Origin: Opitutia bacterium KCR 482
Lineage (GTDB): Bacteria > Verrucomicrobiota > Verrucomicrobiia > Opitutales > Intestinicryptomonadaceae
Reading direction: 5' to 3'
Length of the DNA stretch: 32,000 nucleotides
Assembly: GCA_029269845.2 (NCBI GenBank)
Contig: CP149973.1
Coordinates: forward strand, 1,320,001 to 1,352,000
Below are positions 26,559 to 32,000 of this stretch, piece by piece; within the stretch, counting starts at the first letter, position 1; each line of letters opens with the position of its first letter. The position numbers were made by a program, and so were the translations under genes. Below the pieces are notes generated by a model that was not told the DNA's origin, did no database searches, and worked only from the letters and a program-made list of their open reading frames with translations.

Positions 26559-27710
26559 TCACTTTGCGCGACCGACGAGAATTTCCGCAAGCTCCGGCGA
26601 AAGAATTTTCCGCGTGTCGTCGTCCACAAGGCTGAACCTGTTGCCGTCGTTGGGCGTGCTAAGATAATTCCAGACGCAATAGGAAATTCCGTTTTCTTTG
26701 AGGATTGAAATTACGTCGCGCATGTAGTTTTCGCGCGACTCTTTCGGCGCGTGGCGGATTGTCCCGAATTCGCCGCACCACAAAATTTTTTCGGGGTGTT
26801 TTTTTGCGAACGCGATTGCCGGCGAGAGCATTTTTTCGAGCCACGCCCTGTCCATGCGCTCCGCGCTTCCGTAGGGGTTTTTGTCTCCGCAAAATTCGGA
26901 AAACTCCGCATACGGCTTGATGTCGGACGGATAGCGCATAACCCTGTTGTAGGCAAGCGGCTTTGCCTGCAAAACGCCGCGCTGGTGGGTGAAGACATAC
27001 GGCTCGTAAAAATGAAATGTGTAGATTACGTTGGGGTCGTCGAAGAGCCGCAGGTCTTTGAGCCGCCACGCGGAATTCCACGACGTGGAGCCGACGATTA
27101 TTTTGCGCGTCGGGTTTTCCGCGCGGATTGCCGCCACCGTTTCCGCCGCAAGCGAATTCCATTTTTCGGGCGGCACGTTCAGAACCTCGTTGAGAAGCTC
27201 GAACGCAACCTGCGGCTCGGACGCAAACCTGCGCTCCATCTCAACCCACAACGCGACAAAGCGCGCGCGCAGTTCGGGAGAATCGAGGAGCGTCGCGCTC
27301 TCGGGAACGTCGCAATAGTTGCCGACCGCCTTGTGCAAGTTCAGCACGACGTTCAGCTTGTGCGCCTTTGCCCATTTTACAAAATTCTGCATCTGCCGCA
27401 TTGCGGACTCGCGGTAGACGCGCGGCGACTCCTCCACGACGATTTGGTCGAAGCCCAAGCGCACATGGTCGAAGCCGAGCGACGCTATGTATGCGACATC
27501 GGCTTCGGCAATGTACGATTCGAAATGTTCGAGGTCGCCGACGGTGATTTTAAACTTTTGGTCGTCGGGCAGAACATTCGGACGCTTGTAGTTTGTCAGC
27601 CAGCCGCCTACGCCCATGCCGCAGCGAAAGCCGTCAAACTCGGCGGCACAAAGCCCCGCAGCAGACAAAAGCAAAAATGCAAAAAAAACGAGTGTCGTAA
27701 ATTTCATCAT
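26559..27710 (-). CDS. Secreted glycoside hydrolase family 5 (cellulase/mannanase-type)
   Basis: The ATGATG at 27710 gives the signal peptide MMKFTTLVFFAFLLLSAAGLCA. Motifs DHVRLGF, FELLNEV (acid/base NE) and WCGEFG (nucleophile) match GH5. Confidence 0.85.
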   Translation of the reverse strand: MMKFTTLVFFAFLLLSAAGLCAAEFDGFRCGMGVGGWLTNYKRPNVLPDDQKFKITVGDLEHFESYIAEADVAYIASLGFDHVRLGFDQIVVEESPRVYRESAMRQMQNFVKWAKAHKLNVVLNLHKAVGNYCDVPESATLLDSPELRARFVALWVEMERRFASEPQVAFELLNEVLNVPPEKWNSLAAETVAAIRAENPTRKIIVGSTSWNSAWRLKDLRLFDDPNVIYTFHFYEPYVFTHQRGVLQAKPLAYNRVMRYPSDIKPYAEFSEFCGDKNPYGSAERMDRAWLEKMLSPAIAFAKKHPEKILWCGEFGTIRHAPKESRENYMRDVISILKENGISYCVWNYLSTPNDGNRFSLVDDDTRKILSPELAEILVGRAK

Positions 27711-27780
27711 AACGCAAAACCTTTCTTCAAGCGAGAATCGCACCGCCGACGCGCGGCGTCAAACTTTTCAAGGCTTAAAA

Positions 27781-27799
27781 ATATGCAACCGTTGCATAT
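27781..27799. promoter_or_regulatory. 19-bp perfect palindrome, candidate LacI-type operator in the GH5/LacI divergent region
   Basis: ATATGCAAC-C-GTTGCATAT: both 9-nt arms are perfectly complementary around a single central base. The core TGCAAC.GTTGCA resembles LacI/GalR-family operators. Confidence 0.55.
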
Positions 27800-27820
27800 T
27801 GCATTTGACGCATTTATAAT
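27792..27820 (+). promoter_or_regulatory. Sigma70-type promoter of the second LacI gene
   Basis: TTGCAT (27792-27797), exactly 17-nt spacer, consensus TATAAT (27815-27820). The -35 lies inside the right arm of the palindrome. Confidence 0.55.
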
Positions 27821-27865
27821 TTTTTGCAAAATTGAATTTAAAATTGCGCTAAAAAAAATACCGAC

Positions 27866-28864
27866 ATGCCCAGTAAGAGAAAAAACCTCGAAGCCGTTGC
27901 CGCGCTTGCAAAATGCTCCGCAAGCAGCGTGTCGCGCGCGCTGTCGGGTTCGGGATATGTGTCCGAAAAACTTCGGGCAAAAATACGCGCCGCCGCCGAC
28001 AAGTGCGGATACAGGCGGAACGAGCCGCTTTCACGCACAATGTCGGCGGTGAGGTCATCGCGCCCGAACATCGAGACGGTCGCATTTGTAAACACAAAAA
28101 GCGTGCGCGACGTATCGAAATCGTATTCGGCAATAGCAAGGTATGTGGCGGCGGCAAAGCGGCAGGCGGAGCGGCTCGGTCTGAATGTGTGCGACATTTG
28201 GCTCGGCGAAAAAAATTTCACGCCAAGCAAGTTCGAGAAAATCATGTCGGCGAGGGGCATTCGCGGCGGGATTATTTTCGGGCACTACTACAAGGACAGC
28301 ATTCCAGAAAACTTCAAAAAGGTTCTCGGCAAATTCAAGTTCGTATCGATGGGCGTGCGGGCTAACGCGCCCGTGGAGAAGTCGGTCTACATGGACAGGT
28401 TTTTGATTACGCGCGGCTTCACAGAGCGCATAATCCGCGCGGGATACAGGCGCGTCGGGTTTGTCGTGGAGCGCTTTGCCGACAGCTACGAAAACGGGAA
28501 ATTTTCGGGCGGCTTTTTGCGCGCGCAGCTTGCGCGCAAAAACGCGCATCCGATTCCGCCGCTGTTTTTCGGGCGCGACGAAAAAAACAACTTGAAGCGG
28601 CTTGAGGAATACATAGGCAGGCATTCGCCCGACGCGGTTTTCAGCTATTCGACGGATATTTCCGACACAATCGAAAGCGCGGATTTGCGCCCGTCAAAAA
28701 AGCCGAAATTCTTCCACTACGACGAACGCTATTTTTCGCCCGAAACGGGAGCGATAAAAAATCAAAGCGAAGTCGGGAAGCTTGCGGTTCTTACGCTTGC
28801 AGAAATTTTGCGCGGATACGCCGCGCCCGTCGCCGAAACCGCAATAGAGCCGAAGTGGAAATAA
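27866..28864 (+). CDS. LacI-family transcriptional regulator
   Basis: N-terminal HTH LEAVAALAKCSASSVSRALSGSGYVSEKLRAKIRAAADKCGY followed by a PBP-like effector domain. Transcribed divergently from the GH5 gene. Confidence 0.8.
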   Translation: MPSKRKNLEAVAALAKCSASSVSRALSGSGYVSEKLRAKIRAAADKCGYRRNEPLSRTMSAVRSSRPNIETVAFVNTKSVRDVSKSYSAIARYVAAAKRQAERLGLNVCDIWLGEKNFTPSKFEKIMSARGIRGGIIFGHYYKDSIPENFKKVLGKFKFVSMGVRANAPVEKSVYMDRFLITRGFTERIIRAGYRRVGFVVERFADSYENGKFSGGFLRAQLARKNAHPIPPLFFGRDEKNNLKRLEEYIGRHSPDAVFSYSTDISDTIESADLRPSKKPKFFHYDERYFSPETGAIKNQSEVGKLAVLTLAEILRGYAAPVAETAIEPKWK

Positions 28865-28915
28865 AAAGCCGCCGAGCGTTTTTTTGCTTTGGAGTCGGGG
28901 CGCGCGGAGAGCGCG

Positions 28916-29047
28916 TTAGAAGAATATCGAGAATGTTTTGGGGTCGCCGCTTTTGAAGTTGCCCGCGCCCGACATATCGCAGACTTTCGTCTTCACGGTG
29001 CCCTTGGTCTTCACGGTGCCCTTGGGCGACTTGCCCTTAACGCGCAT
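28916..29047 (-). CDS. Possible 43-aa Lys-rich small protein containing an internal tandem duplication
   Basis: The ATG at 29047 gives MRVKGKSPKGTVKTKGTVKTKVCDMSGAGNFKSGDPKTFSIFF*. Third-position GC and codon choice resemble real genes. No obvious RBS or promoter. The longer track ORF (to 29212) runs through the ppiB terminator and was rejected. Confidence 0.3.
   Translation of the reverse strand: MRVKGKSPKGTVKTKGTVKTKVCDMSGAGNFKSGDPKTFSIFF
28989..29024. repeat. Perfect 18-bp direct tandem repeat (2 copies)
   Basis: GTCTTCACGGTGCCCTTG at 28989-29006 repeats exactly at 29007-29024. It is in-frame (6 codons, KGTVKT) within the small minus-strand ORF. Confidence 0.9.
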
Positions 29048-29070
29048 TGTATTGTCCGCGTGTAATGGCA

Positions 29071-29112
29071 AAATATAAAAAAAGCGGCGCGGGAAAAACG
29101 CCCGACGCCGCT
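29071..29112 (-). terminator. Rho-independent terminator of the ilvB-ppiB unit
   Basis: AGCGGCG (29083-29089) / CGCCGCT (29106-29112) with an inner CGGG/CCCG extension. On the minus RNA it is followed by UUUUUUUAUAUUU (complement of 29071-29083, the first U overlapping the base of the stem). It lies 20 nt after the ppiB stop. Confidence 0.8.
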
Positions 29113-29132
29113 TCAAAACGGAAAAATCCGCG

Positions 29133-29615
29133 CTACGCTTCGACGACTTCCGCCGAAAGAATTTTCTGCTCTTCGACGGGTCTGTCCATGAAGCCCGTTT
29201 CGCAGTTTTCAATCTTCTTTACGACTTCGTAGCCCTCGGCGACTTCGCCGAAAATAGTGTGGTGCATGTGCAGCCACGGCGTGGGAACTGTCGTGATGAA
29301 GAACTGGCTGCCGTTTGTGCCGGGGCCTGCGTTCGCCATTGCAAGAAGTCCCTGCTTGTCGAAGCCGACGTTGGGGTCGCACTCGTCCTCGAACGCGCGT
29401 CCCCAGACGGACTGTCCGCCGCAGCCGCTTCCCGTGGGGTCGCCGCCCTGAATCATGAAATCCCTGATTACGCGGTGGAAGATGATGCCGTCGTAGTAGC
29501 CCTTTTGCGCGAGCTTAACGAAGTTTTCGCACGCCTTGGGCGCGATTTTCGGGAAGAGCTTCAGCTTGATGTCGCCCTGTGTTGTTTTAAGAATTACGAA
29601 AGTGTTTTCGTTCAT
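29133..29615 (-). CDS. ppiB: Cyclophilin-type peptidyl-prolyl cis-trans isomerase
   Basis: FHRVIRDFMIQGGDPTG, GQSVWG, LAMANAGPGTNGSQFFIT and HTIFGEV are cyclophilin signatures. The AAGGAA RBS overlaps the ilvB stop (12-nt gap). Confidence 0.9.
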   Translation of the reverse strand: MNENTFVILKTTQGDIKLKLFPKIAPKACENFVKLAQKGYYDGIIFHRVIRDFMIQGGDPTGSGCGGQSVWGRAFEDECDPNVGFDKQGLLAMANAGPGTNGSQFFITTVPTPWLHMHHTIFGEVAEGYEVVKKIENCETGFMDRPVEEQKILSAEVVEA

Positions 29616-29627
29616 TATAATTCCTTT

Positions 29628-31457
29628 CTATTTGTGTTTTGCAATTTCGCAGCCCCTGAATTTCGGGCACGACTGGCATTCAACGATGATGTCCTGCGCC
29701 GACTTGCCCGGGGGAATGAAGGGCAGAACGTGTTCGTCGTGCTCTACGACCACTTCGAGCAGGTAGGGCTTCTTTGAGGCGAGCATTTCGCGCATTGCCG
29801 AATCAAGCTCTTCGCGCTTCGACACGCGTTTGCACGCCCAGCCGTAGCCCTCGGCTATTTTGCGGTAGTCGGGGTAGATTGCATCGAGGTTGTCGGGCCC
29901 GCCCTGATTGTTCGGGTCGAGGGAAAGGTCGGTATTGCCGCGCGTGCCGCCGTACATCATGTCCTCCCACTGCATGACCATTCCGAGGAACTGGTTGTTG
30001 AGCAGAAGCACCTTGACGGGCAGCTTTTCCGCGACCGCCGTCGCCATTTCCTGAATGTTCATCTGAAACGAGCCGTCGCCGTCAACGTCCACGACGTTCG
30101 CTTCGGGACGCGCCGCCTTTACGCCGATTGCCGACGGAAGCCCGAAGCCCATCGTGCCCGCGCCGAGCGAGCTGATGAACTGGCGCGGCTTCGAGAACAC
30201 GAAGTTCTGCGGAGTCCACATCTGGTGCTGCCCGACGCCCGTCGTAACCACGACCTTGTCGTCCGACGCCTTGTAGAGCGCGGAAATCGCCTCCTGCGAT
30301 GTGAGGTTTCTGCGCTTGTTGAAAGAGAACGGATAGGGGTAGCGCGTTTTCCAGCACTTGATTGTATTGAGCCATTCGGAGAGGTCGGGCTTGGGTGTCC
30401 TGCCTTTTTTTGCGAGCTCAAGCAGGCGTTTGAGCGCGTACTTGACTTCGCTGTGGACGCCGAGCGCAACCTTTACGTTCTTGTTCTGTTCCGCGAAATC
30501 TATGTCGAGGTGCACGACTTTCGCGTGGGGCGCGAATTTGGAAACCGTGCCCGTAATGCGGTCGCTAAAACGCGTGCCGAACGCAAGCAGGAGGTCGGAA
30601 TTGAGAACCGCGCTGTTGCCCGCGAACGTGCCGTGCATGCCGAACCAGTAGAGGTTTTTGTCTTCGAGCGGGTTTACCGAGCCTATGCCCATGAGCGTGT
30701 TCGCCACGGGTATGCCGAAATATTTCGAGAACGCGTCAAGCTCTTTCGACGCCTCCGCCGCGATGATTCCGCCGCCCGCGTAGATTACGGGCTTCTTCGC
30801 CTGCGAGACCATTTCGAGAAGCTTTACAAGCTCTTCGTCGGAGGCATGCGGAATTTTCGGCAGTCCGGGGAGGTCGGGCTTTGCGTCGAAATCGGGCGAG
30901 ACCATCTGCTGCTGCACGTCTTTGGGAATGTCGATAAGCACCGGCCCGGGGCGTCCCGACTTCGCGATAAGGAACGCCTCCCTGATTGTCTGAGGAAGGT
31001 CGTTTGCGTCGAGCACCAAGTAGCTGTGTTTGACAACCGGCAGCGTCATTCCGAAAACGTCGGTTTCCTGAAACGCGCTTTTGCCGATGAGCGACTGGAA
31101 CACCTGCCCCGTGATTGCCACAAGCGGAACGCTGTCCATGTACGCGTCCGAAATCGCCGTAAGCAGGTTCATTGCGCCGGGGCCGCTTGTCGCCATGCAG
31201 ACGCCCACTTTGCCCGTCGAACGCGCGTATCCCTGCGCCATAAAGCCGCCGCCCTGTTCGTGGCGCGGAAGCACAACCCTTATTTTTTTCGTGCGCGTAA
31301 GGGCGTTGTGCATGTCGATAATCGAGCCGCCGGGGTATGCGAAAATCGTGTCCACGCCCTCGTTTTCGAGACATCTTACGACTACGTCCGTACCCTTCAT
31401 TAGTTTGGGCGCGGGTGCGGATTTCTTTGCAGTCGTTTTATTTGCCGTTTTTTTCAT
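29628..31457 (-). CDS. ilvB: Acetolactate synthase (acetohydroxyacid synthase) large catalytic subunit, ThDP-dependent
   Basis: GVDTIFAYPGGSI, HEQGGGFMAQGYAR, ATSGPGAMNL, the ThDP motif DGDGSFQMN...LNN and a central FAD-binding region. The N-terminal Lys-rich 19 aa may not be translated (alternative ATG at 31400). The C-terminus carries an extra CQSCPKFRGC tail. Confidence 0.9.
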   Translation of the reverse strand: MKKTANKTTAKKSAPAPKLMKGTDVVVRCLENEGVDTIFAYPGGSIIDMHNALTRTKKIRVVLPRHEQGGGFMAQGYARSTGKVGVCMATSGPGAMNLLTAISDAYMDSVPLVAITGQVFQSLIGKSAFQETDVFGMTLPVVKHSYLVLDANDLPQTIREAFLIAKSGRPGPVLIDIPKDVQQQMVSPDFDAKPDLPGLPKIPHASDEELVKLLEMVSQAKKPVIYAGGGIIAAEASKELDAFSKYFGIPVANTLMGIGSVNPLEDKNLYWFGMHGTFAGNSAVLNSDLLLAFGTRFSDRITGTVSKFAPHAKVVHLDIDFAEQNKNVKVALGVHSEVKYALKRLLELAKKGRTPKPDLSEWLNTIKCWKTRYPYPFSFNKRRNLTSQEAISALYKASDDKVVVTTGVGQHQMWTPQNFVFSKPRQFISSLGAGTMGFGLPSAIGVKAARPEANVVDVDGDGSFQMNIQEMATAVAEKLPVKVLLLNNQFLGMVMQWEDMMYGGTRGNTDLSLDPNNQGGPDNLDAIYPDYRKIAEGYGWACKRVSKREELDSAMREMLASKKPYLLEVVVEHDEHVLPFIPPGKSAQDIIVECQSCPKFRGCEIAKHK

Positions 31458-31512
31458 ATCGCTGTCTTTACTTTATTAAACATTTCAAGATAACACACAA
31501 TCGGGCGGCTTC

Positions 31513-31555
31513 AACAAAAAAAGTTCGCGTCTGGCGTGCGCCCTACGCGAACTTT
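31513..31555 (-). terminator. Rho-independent terminator of the gene at the right edge
   Basis: Perfect 10-bp stem AAAGTTCGCG (31520-31529) / CGCGAACTTT (31546-31555). On the minus RNA it is followed by a U-rich run. Confidence 0.7.
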
Positions 31556-31585
31556 CGGTTGTCGAAAAAAATCTTCAACCAGCGG

Positions 31586-32000
31586 CTATTTTTTTTCGCG
31601 GACAAGCAGCACATAGGCCTCCGTCCGGTCGCCATTGCGGCGTTTGACAATCTTCTTGCCGAGGCTTGCGGGAATGGTAAGTTTGCCGTCCGAAATCTTT
31701 ACAGAGTCGCTTACGTCGATTGCCTCTTTTTCGAGCAAATCCTGTGCGAGAACTTCCACTTTCTTGTCGGTGCCGAGTTTGAAGCTTATGTCGCCGTTGA
31801 CATCGAACAGGCAGATTTTTCTGTTAAGGCAGTCGAGGTTCACATCGACATCCGCGCATGGCGTGTAGATTCTGTCGGAATCCGCCGTCATTCGCGGAGT
31901 CATAGAAAGGGCGAACGAACCATTGGGGTGGAGCGTAGCCTGAACGTAGGGCTGCATTCCGTTGCGGGGCTTGACTTTCGGATTTTCGATGCCGCGCGAA
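31586..32000 (-). CDS. 3' portion of an unidentified protein-coding gene (open to the right edge)
   Basis: The frame stays open from 31999 down to the stop at 31586-31588 (...SRGIENPKVKPRNGMQPYVQATLHPNGSF...EAYVLLVREKK*). The internal ATG at 31957 is not necessarily the start. The beta-rich composition suggests a C-terminal sandwich domain. No family recognised. Confidence 0.4.
   Translation of the reverse strand, partial: SRGIENPKVKPRNGMQPYVQATLHPNGSFALSMTPRMTADSDRIYTPCADVDVNLDCLNRKICLFDVNGDISFKLGTDKKVEVLAQDLLEKEAIDVSDSVKISDGKLTIPASLGKKIVKRRNGDRTEAYVLLVREKK

Noticed and set aside
26751-28052. 433-aa ORF on the plus strand
   Set aside because: It is antisense to the GH5 gene and reads through the AT-rich divergent promoter region into the LacI gene in another frame. 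It has no motifs.
28865-28915. Possible terminator after the second LacI gene (AAAAAGCCGCCGAGCGTTTTTTT)
   Set aside because: A T7 run is present, but I could not draw a convincing stem upstream of it, so it is not reported as a feature.
29048-29212. Upstream part of the 98-aa minus-strand ORF (28916-29212)
   Set aside because: It runs through the ppiB terminator hairpin and into the ppiB 3' end in another frame. Only the distal 43 codons (from the ATG at 29047) are considered, and only tentatively.
30225-31403. 392-aa ORF on the plus strand, plus several 100-270-aa ORFs antisense to mutS, secA and ptuA (for example 15819-16631, 16058-16795, 21074-21844, 22163-23101, 3844-4791)
   Set aside because: All lie opposite or out of frame to genes with unmistakable family motifs. 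All have the Arg/Pro/Gly-rich, low-complexity translations expected from off-frame reading of GC-rich coding DNA.

Overview
High-GC (roughly 60% by eye, not computed) bacterial chromosomal window. It is densely coding, with about 30 protein genes. I saw no rRNA, tRNA, CRISPR array, transposase, integrase or reverse transcriptase. The ORF track treats TTG as a start and the high GC creates many long spurious antisense or off-frame ORFs, so I re-derived several starts from the sequence. Gene content, left to right: (1) gmhA, a ROK kinase and a LacI regulator on the minus strand. (2) A four-gene chain with overlapping reading frames: a Septu-like ATPase (PtuA-like), a TIGR02646-type HNH nuclease (PtuB-like), endonuclease IV (nfo) and a membrane-anchored lysozyme-like protein. 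(3) An AraC regulator and a Gfo/Idh/MocA oxidoreductase. (4) A secreted papain/C39-like peptidase. (5) A DEAD-box helicase. (6) A DegT-like enzyme. (7) A minus-strand mutS-uvrC-gluQ operon with overlapping stop and start codons. (8) A long plus-strand run: FmdB zinc-ribbon protein, TPR lipoprotein, M50 protease, a Cys-less FmdB-like protein, a signal-peptide ORF, secA, oadG-like, oadB-like and DUF2062. (9) A small conserved protein, a GH5 glycosidase divergent from a second LacI regulator, then cyclophilin and ilvB. The three observations most worth follow-up: (a) The Septu-like ptuA/ptuB pair is apparently co-transcribed with nfo and a lysozyme-like gene, with no mobile-element scars. (b) A SecM-like arrangement lies upstream of secA: a 130-codon signal-peptide ORF stops 2 nt before a 12-bp perfect inverted repeat whose other arm covers positions -16 to -5 of the secA start. 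(c) The Na+-decarboxylase beta subunit carries a ~160-aa loop that looks like a split lipoyl-like barrel, and no alpha subunit is in the window. All functional calls rest on motifs I recognise by eye. No database search was run.
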